A DNA stretch of 64,000 nt. It comes from an uncultured Atribacterota bacterium (GTDB lineage: Bacteria > Atribacterota > Phoenicimicrobiia > Phoenicimicrobiales > Stramentimicrobiaceae). Positions 37,918-48,391 of the stretch are shown in pieces. Position numbers and translations under genes: made by a program. Under the pieces are notes generated by a model. That model was not told the DNA's origin, did not search any database, and saw only the letters and a program-made list of their open reading frames with translations. Location: contig CAYSRG010000006.1 of NCBI GenBank assembly GCA_964433555.1, positions 11,520-75,519 on the forward strand, written 5' to 3'. Position 1 is the first letter of the stretch, and every line of letters starts with the position of its first letter.

Positions 37918-38778
37918 TTAACCCTTTACTGAACCAGCTAAAATTCCTCTTACAAAATAACGTTGTAGGCTTAAAAATACTATTAATGGTAATGCCATTG
38001 AAATAAAGGCAGCTGCTGTCAATAATTCCCAATTTTGTCCATAGGAACCAACCAGGGCACTAATTCTGACTGTTAACGGAGCCACATCCGGCGTTCCTCC
38101 TAAATAAACCAATGCCACTAATAAATCATTCCATACCCAGATAAATTGAAAAATGGCTATAGAGGCAATTGCTGGTACTGATAATGGTAAAACAATACTT
38201 TTAAAAATTTGAAATGGAGTAGCGCCATCAATGGTTGATGACTCAAATATTTCGCTGGGTAATCCGGATATATAGTTATACATTAGATAAATGACTAAAG
38301 GCAGACCATATCCCGCATGAGCCAGCCAAATCCCTAAAAAAGAACCTGATAAACCAAGTTTATTGAATATCCTTAAAATAGGTATCAAAGTCATTTGTAA
38401 TGGTACTACCAACAATCCTACAAAAAGCATAAAGAAAAAACGTCTACCCCAAAATTCCATCCAGGCAAAAGCATAGGCAGCAAAAGAGGCAATTATTATT
38501 GGTAATATACAGGCTGGTAAAGTTATAGTAAGGGTATTTATAAAAGCTCTTCCTATCCCAATTTTTGTTATTACATCCTGATAATTTTCAAGGGTAAATT
38601 GAGTAAAGTTAAAAGGATGGATTAAAACTGTCCACCAACCAGTGGAGGCAACTGCAGAAGAAGGACGAAAAGAAGTAATCAACAAGCCCACTGTTGGAAA
38701 GACCCAGATAATAGCTACCAGGATAATGAATAAATGCATCGGAGTACTTAGTATAAATTGACTATATTTTGGTTTCAT
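37918..38778 (-). CDS. Carbohydrate ABC transporter permease (MalG-like)
   Basis: EAA loop ..ESSTIDGATPFQIFKSIVLPL... 6 TM. Confidence 0.8.
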   Translation of the reverse strand: MKPKYSQFILSTPMHLFIILVAIIWVFPTVGLLITSFRPSSAVASTGWWTVLIHPFNFTQFTLENYQDVITKIGIGRAFINTLTITLPACILPIIIASFAAYAFAWMEFWGRRFFFMLFVGLLVVPLQMTLIPILRIFNKLGLSGSFLGIWLAHAGYGLPLVIYLMYNYISGLPSEIFESSTIDGATPFQIFKSIVLPLSVPAIASIAIFQFIWVWNDLLVALVYLGGTPDVAPLTVRISALVGSYGQNWELLTAAAFISMALPLIVFLSLQRYFVRGILAGSVKG

Positions 38779-39644
38779 CGAACAGCCTCCTGTTCTCTAA
38801 AACGTTGAACGTTGATGATTATCATGGGAATAATAAAGAGAAGTAATAAAATTGCTATAGCACTTGCTCTACCATAGTTTCTGAATATAAACATCTCTTT
38901 ATACATTCTATTTGCTATAACCTCTGTGGCAAATCCACCATTGGTCATAACATAAACAATATCAAAAACCTTTAAAACATTAATAAGCATAGTAGTTGCT
39001 ACAACTGCTACAGTGGGTTTCATCAAAGGTAGAATAATCTTCCAGAAAATTCGATACTCATTAGCACCATCTACACGGGCTGCCTCCAGAAGTTCTCTGG
39101 GAATTCCCTTATAACTGGCTGAAAGTATCACTAAACAGAATCCAGTCCAGATCCATATTCCCACTATTATTAAACAGATATTATTCAGCCAGGGACGTTG
39201 AATTAACCAGGGTATCGGTTGCACTCCTATATATGATAAAAAAGCATTGAGGATACCAATTTGTTCACTTCCCACCGGTCTATAGGAATATACAAATTTC
39301 CATATAACACCTGCTCCTACAAATGAAATAGCCATAGGCATAAATATTATGGATTTTACCAATGATTCATAACGCACTCTATCCAGTATCACAGCTAAAA
39401 TTAAACCTAAAAAAACAGTCATGGGAACAAAGAGAGCTACCCATAATAAATTATTACGAAAGGCTGTTAGCATAGTTTCATTGGTAAAACAATAAATATA
39501 ATTAGCTAAACCAACAAATTTTTCAGATTGGGGACCAAAAAATGAAATAACAAGAGTGTGTATAGAAGGATAAATTAAAAAAAACATTAAAGTTGCTAAA
39601 GCAGGAATGACATAGAACCAGGGAGTAAACCAGCGTGTTCGCAT
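38775..39644 (-). CDS. Carbohydrate ABC transporter permease (MalF-like)
   Basis: EAA loop ..EAARVDGANEYRIFWKIILPL... 4-nt overlap with the next gene. Confidence 0.8.
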   Translation of the reverse strand: MRTRWFTPWFYVIPALATLMFFLIYPSIHTLVISFFGPQSEKFVGLANYIYCFTNETMLTAFRNNLLWVALFVPMTVFLGLILAVILDRVRYESLVKSIIFMPMAISFVGAGVIWKFVYSYRPVGSEQIGILNAFLSYIGVQPIPWLIQRPWLNNICLIIVGIWIWTGFCLVILSASYKGIPRELLEAARVDGANEYRIFWKIILPLMKPTVAVVATTMLINVLKVFDIVYVMTNGGFATEVIANRMYKEMFIFRNYGRASAIAILLLLFIIPMIIINVQRFREQEAVR

Positions 39645-39740
39645 AATAGTTCATCTCCTTTACAAACTATTTTAGTATACTACCTCCCACTTAACCATTG
39701 CCATCTTCTAAGGAAGTGGATTATTAAGGATAATAAATTA

Positions 39741-39780
39741 ATAGTTAGCTGGTCTATTTATATAAACCAGCTAACTATTT
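39741..39780 (-). promoter_or_regulatory. Intercistronic stem-loop downstream of the binding-protein gene
   Basis: AATAGTTAGCTGGT / ACCAGCTAACTATT is a perfect 14-bp stem with a 12-nt loop, 36 nt after the stop at 39816. Confidence 0.6.
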
Positions 39781-39815
39781 AAGTAAACTATATAGCAGAA
39801 AAAATCGCTTTAAAA

Positions 39816-41087
39816 TTATCTACGGTAAGCATCCAATGCACTTGCTTCAACCTGCATTAATACATTCATTAAAGATTCTCCACTAACATAGTCTAGAATG
39901 CCGGTCCAGAAGGAACCAGAACCTACCGCAGCAGGCATTAAATCAGAGGCATCAAAACGGAAAACTGATGCTTCTCCTAAGAATTCAGCTGCTTTTCTGG
40001 TAATATCATCTGGATAAACCATTGGATCGACCTTCAGGTTAGGCGCCAACTTACCCAATTCACCAACCCAGATTCCCTGAGCCTGTGCAGATGCTATATA
40101 CTTCATAAAAGCTCTGGCTTCCGGAGTATCATTAAACATAGCCAGCATATCTGCCGCACCTAAGGCAGGATTTCCAAATTCTTCTTTAATAGGTGGGAAA
40201 GGAAAGAAATTATAGTCTACTCCAGGCACTAAATCAGGAAAATGATCCAGGATAAAACTTTTAATAAAGGTAGCCTGTCTATGCATATAGGCATTAGGCG
40301 GATCGGTAAATAAGGCATCAGGAGAATCACCGAAGGGAATAGTTAGAACAGCGTTTGGTCCACCATAGACATACTTTTCACTACGAGTAATTTCCCCAAA
40401 AATTTCAAATGCCTCCACCACAATATCATTGGTCCAGGCAAGTTCATGATTAACCCAGGCATCATAGGTTTCGGGAGAAGCTATTCGTAGCATAATATCC
40501 TCTATCCAGTCAGTCCCCGGCCATCCACTTGCTGCTCCTGATTCCAAACCAATAGCCCAGGGTGTATTTCCATCAGCAACCATTTTATCAGAAAGCACCA
40601 TCAGCTCATCCCAGGTGCTGGGTATCGTGTAACCGGCAGCAGCAAACGCCTTAGGATTATACCAGATCAAACTCTTTAAATCTGCCGAGATAAAAATGGC
40701 ATGAAGGTTGCCCTGATAAGAACCTAAATCTAACCAGGCATTAGAATATTCAGATTTTAAAGCTTCTATATCCATAAAAGTAGACAGATCAATTAATTTA
40801 CCATCTCTGGCAAATTCCAGCATTTGTCCTGGATTGGGCATAACAGAAACATCGGGAGGATTCCCTGCTTCCACCCTGGTAGTGAGGATAGCCGGTAAAT
40901 CACGAGTACCGGTAAATTCAACTTTAATACCAGTTTCTGCTTCAAAGGGTGCTACCATTTTAGCAAAGGCATCAGCCTCGGCACCAGTCCATACTCCCAT
41001 GACAGTGACACTCTGTCCAGCTGCAGTGGACACACTTACCAGAAATGACAGACATATTAACATAATAATAAGATTAAACTTTTTCAA
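39816..41087 (-). CDS. Extracellular solute-binding protein (alpha-glucoside/trehalose-maltose type, CUT1)
   Basis: TTG start 10 nt after AAGGGGG. Signal peptide MKKFNLIIMLICLSFLVSVSTAAGQ. ..VMGVWTGAEADAF..GIKVEFTGTRD..AGNPPDVSV.. pattern. Confidence 0.7.
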   Translation of the reverse strand: MKKFNLIIMLICLSFLVSVSTAAGQSVTVMGVWTGAEADAFAKMVAPFEAETGIKVEFTGTRDLPAILTTRVEAGNPPDVSVMPNPGQMLEFARDGKLIDLSTFMDIEALKSEYSNAWLDLGSYQGNLHAIFISADLKSLIWYNPKAFAAAGYTIPSTWDELMVLSDKMVADGNTPWAIGLESGAASGWPGTDWIEDIMLRIASPETYDAWVNHELAWTNDIVVEAFEIFGEITRSEKYVYGGPNAVLTIPFGDSPDALFTDPPNAYMHRQATFIKSFILDHFPDLVPGVDYNFFPFPPIKEEFGNPALGAADMLAMFNDTPEARAFMKYIASAQAQGIWVGELGKLAPNLKVDPMVYPDDITRKAAEFLGEASVFRFDASDLMPAAVGSGSFWTGILDYVSGESLMNVLMQVEASALDAYRR

Positions 41088-41642
41088 GATAAATAACCCC
41101 CTTTTTTATTAATAAATTTATTATCTCAAAAGCTAAAATTAGTTATAGATGAATTCCCCTCCTTTCCTGTTGGTATATTATTTATGAAGAATATCTCTTG
41201 AATGGATAATTTCAGATAGATTAAATTGTTTTTACTTTAATATTAATAATATAATAAATTCACCTGTTATGCAAGTAAACAGCATAGCCACCTAGTGAGC
41301 TTTTTTAATAATACTTTAAAACAGCCTTGAACTTTTATAAGCCACTTTTTTATTATTTTATCTTTTAATCTTTCCACTATCCTTAAAACAAATATCTAAT
41401 AACATTACTATCACATAAAGTTTACAGTATAGATTATTTAGCTAACATTTCTCTATCTTTATGTTTAAATAATTTTATTCAACCATTCTTACCTACATTT
41501 TAAACAGGCCATAACAAGAAAAGGTTGCCAAGAAATAATATGATGGGGTAACTCTATTTTAATCGAAATGAAAAATATGTTAAAATGTAAATACAAATCA
41601 TTACAATTAATTATATTAGTAATATTTGAAGGTACTTCTATT

Positions 41643-43871
41643 ATGTCCCGTATAATTATAGTATCCAACCGTCTTCCCGTTACTATAAAAAAAAACAAAG
41701 ATAAGCTAACTTATCAGCAAAGCGTAGGTGGTCTGGCAACTGGTATTTCTTCTTTACAAAAAGAGCATGAGTGCTTATGGGTTGGTTGGCCTGGTATAGC
41801 CAGGGATGGGCTCGATAATGAACAAAAAGATGACTTACTGGAAAAGTTGGATAAAATGGGAAACTATCCGGTCTTTTTATCCCAAACACATATCGAAGAG
41901 TATTACAATGGCTTCTGTAATAAGACTATCTGGTCTTTATTTCATTGCTTTACTCAATTTACTGTTTATGAAAACTACTTATGGGAATCCTACCGGCGAG
42001 TAAACCAGATCTTTTGTCAAACAATTCTTGATATAATTAAACCAGATGATCTTATCTGGATCCATGATTATCATCTTATGTTGCTACCGAATTTATTAAG
42101 AAAAAGGATGCCTGATTTAACTATTGGATTCTTCCTACATATCCCCTTCCCCCCTACTGAAATCTTTCGACTACTACCCTGGCGGAGAGAGATATTGGAG
42201 GGATTGATGGGTGCTGATCTGATTGGTTTTCACACCTATGATTATGTACGCAACTTTCTCGATTCAATTCTACGCTTACGTGGATATGAAAATAGTCTGG
42301 GTTTCATCAATTATCAAAATCGTATAATAAAAGTAGATTCTTTCCCAATGGGGATTGATTTTGACCGATATTATAATTCTTCAGAACAGATGAAAACAAA
42401 GCAAGAAATTAAAAAAATAAAGAATAAAATAAAAAAATATAAAGTCATAATCTCAGTTGATCGCTTAGATTATACTAAAGGCATTCTAGAAAGATTAAGA
42501 GCTTTTTCTGCCTTTCTGGAGGATAATCCGGAATACTGGGAGAAGGTGGTTATGATTCTGGTAGCAGTCCCTTCCCGTACTGCCGTCAGTCAATATCAGC
42601 AATTAAAACAACAGGTTGACGAGATGATTGGCCATATAAATGGGCAATTTGGAAAATTAGGCTGGTCACCCATCTGGTATTTATACCGTTCATTACCTTT
42701 CCACGAACTAACGGCTCTTTATTATATTGGTGACATAGCCTTAATAACTCCCCTTAAAGATGGTATGAATCTAATCGCCAAAGAATATATTGCTACCAAA
42801 AAAGATACTCCGGGAGTCCTTATTTTAAGCGAAATGGCTGGTGCTGGTAATGAAATGGGAGAGGCACTTATTGTTAATCCCAATAATAGGACCCAGATTT
42901 CCTGGGCTTTAAAGTATGCTTTAAATATGGAAGAAAAAGAGCAACAAAAAAGAATCTTATATTTACAAAGACGTTTAAAAAATTATGATGTTAAAAAATG
43001 GGCAGATGATTTTAAAGAAAGTTTAATCAAAATTAAAAGTGAACAGAAGAATCTGGCCGCTAAATATTTATCACCAAAAAATAGATTAAAAATAATTAAA
43101 GATTATCAACAGAGTTATCAACGCTTATTCTTAATAGATTATGATGGCACTCTTGTTCCTTATCATTTTAAATTCAAGCAATCCAGCCCTTCGCAAGACA
43201 TTCTTGACACTATTCAATTGCTCAACCGAGATCCTGGAAATAAGGTAGTCATCGTTAGCGGCAGAGAAAAAAACATTTTAGAAAATTGGTTTAAACATGT
43301 TGAGGTAGACTTGATTGCTGAACATGGAGCATGGCTAAAAAAGAATTCTAATGATTGGAAAACTATTGAACCATTAAAAAAAGAATGGAAAGAGCAGATT
43401 AGACCCATTTTAGAATTATACACTAATCGAACACCGGGTTCTTTTATCCAAGAAAAAGAATATTCGCTGGTCTGGCATTATATTAATACAGAACCTACAT
43501 TTGGTCGTACGCGAGCATTGGAACTAATGGATTCCCTCACTTATCTTACTTCTAACCTCAATTTAGAGGTAAACCATGGAGAAAAAGTTATCGAAATTAA
43601 AGCAGCAGGAATTAACAAAGGGATTACTGCCTATCAATGGATATCAGAGAAAAAATGGGATTTTATAATGGCAATCGGAGATGACTGGTCTGATGAAGAT
43701 ACTTTTTCTCATTTACCAGCTTCAGCTTACTCTATCAAAGTTGGTCCAGGTATTTCTCAATCGAAATACAATATCCATTCTTCCACTGAAGTCCGTGCTC
43801 TATTAAAAGAATTAGCTAAAAATCATAGTAAACATCGCACACGCAAAGCGGATGTCTTTAAGAACCTCTAA
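41643..43871 (+). CDS. otsA-otsB: Bifunctional trehalose-6-phosphate synthase (GT20) / trehalose-6-phosphate phosphatase (HAD) fusion
   Basis: Begins MSRIIIVSNRLPV. ..IWIHDYHLMLLP.. (GT20). C-terminal HAD motifs FLIDYDGTL and GDDWSDED. I prefer ATG 41643 over the 25-codon upstream extension in the track. Confidence 0.85.
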   Translation: MSRIIIVSNRLPVTIKKNKDKLTYQQSVGGLATGISSLQKEHECLWVGWPGIARDGLDNEQKDDLLEKLDKMGNYPVFLSQTHIEEYYNGFCNKTIWSLFHCFTQFTVYENYLWESYRRVNQIFCQTILDIIKPDDLIWIHDYHLMLLPNLLRKRMPDLTIGFFLHIPFPPTEIFRLLPWRREILEGLMGADLIGFHTYDYVRNFLDSILRLRGYENSLGFINYQNRIIKVDSFPMGIDFDRYYNSSEQMKTKQEIKKIKNKIKKYKVIISVDRLDYTKGILERLRAFSAFLEDNPEYWEKVVMILVAVPSRTAVSQYQQLKQQVDEMIGHINGQFGKLGWSPIWYLYRSLPFHELTALYYIGDIALITPLKDGMNLIAKEYIATKKDTPGVLILSEMAGAGNEMGEALIVNPNNRTQISWALKYALNMEEKEQQKRILYLQRRLKNYDVKKWADDFKESLIKIKSEQKNLAAKYLSPKNRLKIIKDYQQSYQRLFLIDYDGTLVPYHFKFKQSSPSQDILDTIQLLNRDPGNKVVIVSGREKNILENWFKHVEVDLIAEHGAWLKKNSNDWKTIEPLKKEWKEQIRPILELYTNRTPGSFIQEKEYSLVWHYINTEPTFGRTRALELMDSLTYLTSNLNLEVNHGEKVIEIKAAGINKGITAYQWISEKKWDFIMAIGDDWSDEDTFSHLPASAYSIKVGPGISQSKYNIHSSTEVRALLKELAKNHSKHRTRKADVFKNL

Positions 43872-44040
43872 AAGAGGTTTGACTTTTTTTGTTTACTTTT
43901 GTTCTGCTCTTTTTCTGGCAATTTTATTGAACTATAATATTGCTAAGTGATACACCTTCCTTACGTTAGAGTTCAGGTATAAAAGGTCCTATAGTTTTTC
44001 TTAATCTTTTTCCATATAAAACCAATTCATTTAACCATTA

Positions 44041-44065
44041 CCACCTTCTTAGAAGGTGGTTTTTC
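44041..44065 (+). terminator. Rho-independent terminator (plus-strand orientation) between the convergent otsAB and fbaB
   Basis: CCACCTT cttag AAGGTGG followed by TTTTT. Confidence 0.65.
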
Positions 44066-44078
44066 ATGGTTAAATAAA

Positions 44079-45134
44079 TTAGGCAACTTCTATTTCCTGG
44101 CATAAATATACATCTTGGATAGCATGGAATATCTTAATTCCTTCTGCCATTGGTTTTTGAAAAGTTTTTCTACCAGATATAATTCCCATGCCTCCTGCTC
44201 TTTTGTTAATAACAGCCGTTTTCACAGCCTGTTGTAAATCATTATCTCCAGATGCCCCTCCAGAACTAATTAAACCAATTCTCCCCATATAACAATTAGC
44301 CACCTGATAACGAGTGAGGTCAATGGAGTGGTCAGATGTTAATATTTCATAGACCAAAGGACTGGTTTTCCCAAATTTTAGTGCTAGATAACCCCCATTA
44401 TTAGTTGGTTGCTTTTGTTTAACCAAGTCTGCTTCAAGAGTAACCCCTATATGATTAGCCTGACCGGTTAAATCTGCTGAAGTATGGTAATCAATCCCCT
44501 CCTTTTTAAAGGCAGCATTTCTAAGATAGCACCATAAAACTGTAAACATTCCCAGTTGATGAGCTTGCTTGAAGGCAATGGATACCTCCTCTATCTGTCT
44601 CCTTGATTCCTCAGAACCAAAATAAATAGTAGCACCTACTCCCAGTGCACCCATGTCATAAGCCTGTTCTACCGAGGCAAACATTCTCTGATCATAATAG
44701 TTGGGATATGAAAGTAACTCATTATGGTTTAGTTTTACGATAAAAGGAATCTTATCAGCATACTTTCCGGAAACCATGCCTAAAACACCCAATGTTGAAG
44801 CTACAGCATTACAGTTTCCTTCAATAGCTAACTTGACTATATTTTCCGGATCAAAATAGATAGGATTGGGAGCAAAAGAGGCTCCAGCAGAGTGTTCTAT
44901 ACCTTGATCTACTGGTAATATTGATAGATAACCAGTTCCTTTCAGCCTGCCTTGATTAAATAATTTCTTTAAGTTTTGCCTGACTTGTAAAGAACGATCA
45001 GAAATATTAAAGATATTTTCAACATAATCAGGTCCAGGTAAATGAAGCATATCCTTAGAAATTGTTTGACATTTATGTGATAATAGATAATCAGTTTCTT
45101 CCCCTAATATATTTCTAATTTCCATGATATCCAT
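44079..45134 (-). CDS. fbaB: Class I fructose-bisphosphate aldolase (FbaB/DhnA family)
   Basis: 351 aa. ..[14 protein letters not shown].., ..FIVKLNHNE.., ..GATIYFGSE.., ..DLVKQKQP.. closely recall E. coli FbaB. Confidence 0.8.
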   Translation of the reverse strand: MDIMEIRNILGEETDYLLSHKCQTISKDMLHLPGPDYVENIFNISDRSLQVRQNLKKLFNQGRLKGTGYLSILPVDQGIEHSAGASFAPNPIYFDPENIVKLAIEGNCNAVASTLGVLGMVSGKYADKIPFIVKLNHNELLSYPNYYDQRMFASVEQAYDMGALGVGATIYFGSEESRRQIEEVSIAFKQAHQLGMFTVLWCYLRNAAFKKEGIDYHTSADLTGQANHIGVTLEADLVKQKQPTNNGGYLALKFGKTSPLVYEILTSDHSIDLTRYQVANCYMGRIGLISSGGASGDNDLQQAVKTAVINKRAGGMGIISGRKTFQKPMAEGIKIFHAIQDVYLCQEIEVA

Positions 45135-45204
45135 TCTAATTACACTCCTTTTTCACATTTAAATTTAAAACATAACCAACATTTTAGATACTATCCATAT
45201 TCAA

Positions 45205-45243
45205 CACGATATTCAAGGGGAATCTTTCCCCTTGAATATCGTG
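45205..45243. repeat. Perfect copy B of the palindromic element (18+18 bp, 3-nt loop), about 70 nt upstream of fbaB
   Basis: CACGATATTCAAGGGGAA tct TTCCCCTTGAATATCGTG. Confidence 0.9.
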
Positions 45244-45412
45244 AAAGACTTATTTGTAGTTAAGCAAGTAATATATTTTATTTAATAAATATTTCTTTAC
45301 CTTAATTATAATAATTATGGTAATTTTATGCTCTATCTTAAAATCTTACTGTGAATATTTTTCCCTATATTTAGAAAAGTATATTCATATTGATGATATT
45401 GGATTTAAAAAT

Positions 45413-46030
45413 TCAGATATTATTAAATATTTTCAGTATTTGAGCAATATTAGTAATTTCTATTAGCTGCCAGTACCCCTGCATATTTCTCATTTTTATA
45501 TCAACTACAAAATTAGCTTGTTTAGATTTATCATAATAAGTTAAACCAAGGAAGGCCATATCTTCTTTTATTTTAGTATAATTAATGGACTGAGATTCCC
45601 AATTTTCAGGATTAATCTTTTCTTCCGCCAATTTCATAAGCATAGAAGCCAATCTACCCTCTCCTTGGGAGTTTACATTTTCCAATTTGCCACTAATAAT
45701 ATAATGATAGACTTCTTTTTTAATTATCTCCTTTAAATTAGGTTTCAATACTGAAAATACACTTTGGCCTATTTCATTACGAATATCAATCCATCTGCTT
45801 TTTCTGCTTTCTGATGCCGGAGCACCATAAAACTGCCAGATTTGATCAATAGCATTATCTGCTGTTCTATCCAGATCTACATATTTGTCAAAAGCCAGCA
45901 TATCATCCCTGGAAATAGCTTTTTTCAGCTGTTTTAAGCTATATGGAGGAGAGACAATTATTCTCCAGGAAATAAATATGGAAATTATAATAACAATAGA
46001 TAAAATTATAATAAATATTTTTTTATTCAT
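45413..46030 (-). CDS. Membrane-anchored hypothetical protein (DUF2939-like)
   Basis: N-terminal TM IFIIILSIVIIISIFISW, then ..YSLKQLKKAISRDDMLAFDKYVDLD.. as in DUF2939-type proteins. Assignment from memory and tentative. Confidence 0.35.
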   Translation of the reverse strand: MNKKIFIIILSIVIIISIFISWRIIVSPPYSLKQLKKAISRDDMLAFDKYVDLDRTADNAIDQIWQFYGAPASESRKSRWIDIRNEIGQSVFSVLKPNLKEIIKKEVYHYIISGKLENVNSQGEGRLASMLMKLAEEKINPENWESQSINYTKIKEDMAFLGLTYYDKSKQANFVVDIKMRNMQGYWQLIEITNIAQILKIFNNI

Positions 46031-46223
46031 AATTCTTATTTCACAAGATCACAAGGTAATTTATTATTATTCTCTTAAAAATAATACTGTTGCTATTATT
46101 ACACAGAAAATTATAGCATCAACAAATATAATCAATACTAATATATCCTATTAGTTAATATAATATCATAAATCAGGGAAATCATGTTACATGTAAAGCT
46201 ACAACAGTACATAGATTCAAATT

Positions 46224-46257
46224 GTAAAAAGCAGATTAGATATACCTAATCTGCTTT
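46224..46257 (-). terminator. Rho-independent terminator downstream of the CMD-family gene
   Basis: AAAGCAGATTAG / CTAATCTGCTTT is a 12-bp stem running into TTTTT on the minus strand. Confidence 0.6.
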
Positions 46258-46380
46258 ATTGTGAAGTAGTCCTAACATTTTAATACACATAACTTAAGAG
46301 TTAAAAGAGACTATCTTAATTAATAGTATTAGCCTCATATAATTCATATTTTTATCTAATTGTCAGCAGTAATCATATGT

Positions 46381-46716
46381 TTATTCTACTTTCAGCTCAT
46401 CTAATAATGGCAACAGTTCGGTTGCAGTATAGGCAACCGCCGGTCCACCTCCCATAAAAACAGATACACCGGCAGCTTCTAATATTTCTGTACGGCTGGC
46501 ACCAGCTTTAACGCATTCAGCACAATGGAACTGAATGCAGGGCTTACATCGAATGGCTATTCCGATAGCTAAGGCTATTAATTCTTTTGTTTTATGATTT
46601 AGTACTCCGTCTTTGACACATTCTTGGTCTAACTTCATAAAGGAATCCATCACTGAAGGCATTTCTTTCCCCATTTGACCCATTTGGCTTTCTAATTTTT
46701 TGATTTGTTCACTCAT
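46381..46716 (-). CDS. Carboxymuconolactone decarboxylase-family (AhpD-like) protein
   Basis: 111 aa. CxxC-type motif ..RCKPCIQFHCAECVKAG... Confidence 0.7.
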   Translation of the reverse strand: MSEQIKKLESQMGQMGKEMPSVMDSFMKLDQECVKDGVLNHKTKELIALAIGIAIRCKPCIQFHCAECVKAGASRTEILEAAGVSVFMGGGPAVAYTATELLPLLDELKVE

Positions 46717-46876
46717 TTAAATCTCCTTTTTATTCGATTTTACACTTATGTACTATTGTTGTAGTGCAACGGTCAGATATCATGGATCCCTGGAATTTTT
46801 TATCCTCCCAATTCATCACATTTTTTTGACCAGTTTGCCCTACTCTTTTTTCCTTAATCTTATTAATATGTTTCTA

Positions 46877-48391
46877 TTAATTTCCAACTTTTACTAAATT
46901 GACATAAACAGAAGTTGTTTCACCGGAATAGACCATAATTTCATCCAACCAGACACGGTATCCATCTTTAATCACCGCAAACTCATATAATCCCTCCTTC
47001 AAACCGTCGATAATCTTCTCCTGATTGGCAGAGGTGGTGGTCATATAGATTCCGTTAACAAATATCTTACCATTGCTCTCATTACAGTAAATTGAAATAT
47101 TCCCTTCTCTTTGAACTGGTCTCATTATCACATTAAGGCGATAAGTTTGATTAGGATATATTCTTACTGTGGTAAGATAATCATGGTAACCATCTTTGGT
47201 AATCCTTATTTCATAATTCCCTTCCTGAATGTTACTTATAGTAACACTCCTATTAATCGATGTCCTTCTCTGATACTTTCCATCTAAATAGATCTGGGCA
47301 TTATCAACATCACAGGTAATTTCCAGACTTCCCGTACGTGTGATTCTGTCTAAATTTACTGTTAATTGGATTCGTTGATTGGATTTTACTTCTACTCTTT
47401 GAGACCATTCACGATATCCGCTTAAAGTAATCCTGATATCATGAAACCCCTCCCTAACTTGTTCGAGCAGCACATTTCTGTTTTTTTCTGTTAATCCTTT
47501 ATATTGACCATCTAAATAGATACTAGCATTGTCTTCATTGCAACGAATAGCAATAGAACCATATCGCTGGATACTTACCAGATTGGCACTAACAATAGCT
47601 GCTCGATCAGGATTAATCTGAATTGTTCTGGTCCAGGTTTGATAGCCTGGCAATTCTACTCGGGCTAAATATTCACCAACGCGAATATGCTCCAGTACCA
47701 ATGGTGTCCTACCAACATAGCGATCATTCAGATATACATCAGCACCTTCTGGGATTGAATTGAGGCGTAACTGCCCATCTTCTTCTCTTCTCTCTATAAC
47801 CTGATAATGTAATATTTCACTGCTAACCCATCTTTGTGAAGGCAAAGCTGATAAAATACCCCTGATTCTTTGAGTAAATCTGGTTATTCCTTCTCCAAGT
47901 TTGGGGAACAATTCCCTTTCAATTACCCTTTCTAATTCTCTTGAAATGATTACTGGTTCAGTAGTGGCAAAGCCCTGAACATATTCTAGGCCAGACTTAG
48001 TGGCAGTATCTATTATCCCATCTATACTATATTGTTTGTTGGCCTCTATAAGATGATTTTTTTGATATTGGTTGGGAAATAAAAGTCTGATATTACCATA
48101 GCTATCATAACCAAAAATAGCAACATAAGCACTTCTGGTAGATCGGAATGAAATACGAATCCTCTCGCCTGGAATATATGTAGCACCTGCTCCTTTATCT
48201 AATCTCAGAGATAAGGCAAAATCAGGTCTGGGATTAATAATTTGAATACTCTTTTTCATTTCCTCCTGGGCATTAACTGTAATTACTGCTAATAGAATCA
48301 GAATTGTAACAAAGGATAGCATGCCAAGACATAAAAAAAGAGAAATCTGGTTGTTTTCTTTTTTTTGCTTTTTCAGTTTTAATAAATTCAT
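46877..48391 (-). CDS. Secreted/anchored protein with an N-terminal DUF4384-like region and four PEGA-type repeats
   Basis: N-terminal TM. Literal PEGA (..LNSIPEGADVYLNDRYVGRTP..). Three further ~68-aa repeats (..IYLDGQYKG.., ..IYLDGKYQR.., ..IFVNGIYMT..). Confidence 0.7.
   Translation of the reverse strand: MNLLKLKKQKKENNQISLFLCLGMLSFVTILILLAVITVNAQEEMKKSIQIINPRPDFALSLRLDKGAGATYIPGERIRISFRSTRSAYVAIFGYDSYGNIRLLFPNQYQKNHLIEANKQYSIDGIIDTATKSGLEYVQGFATTEPVIISRELERVIERELFPKLGEGITRFTQRIRGILSALPSQRWVSSEILHYQVIERREEDGQLRLNSIPEGADVYLNDRYVGRTPLVLEHIRVGEYLARVELPGYQTWTRTIQINPDRAAIVSANLVSIQRYGSIAIRCNEDNASIYLDGQYKGLTEKNRNVLLEQVREGFHDIRITLSGYREWSQRVEVKSNQRIQLTVNLDRITRTGSLEITCDVDNAQIYLDGKYQRRTSINRSVTISNIQEGNYEIRITKDGYHDYLTTVRIYPNQTYRLNVIMRPVQREGNISIYCNESNGKIFVNGIYMTTTSANQEKIIDGLKEGLYEFAVIKDGYRVWLDEIMVYSGETTSVYVNLVKVGN

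Noticed and set aside
41489-41889. Minus-strand ORFs 41489-41698 and 41683-41889, and the 25-codon N-terminal extension of the otsA ORF (41568-41642)
   Set aside because: They overlap the 5-prime end of the strongly supported otsA-otsB gene or its AT-rich promoter region. The OtsA homology begins at MSRIIIVSNRLPV (ATG 41643). The extension is hydrophobic nonsense with no SD.
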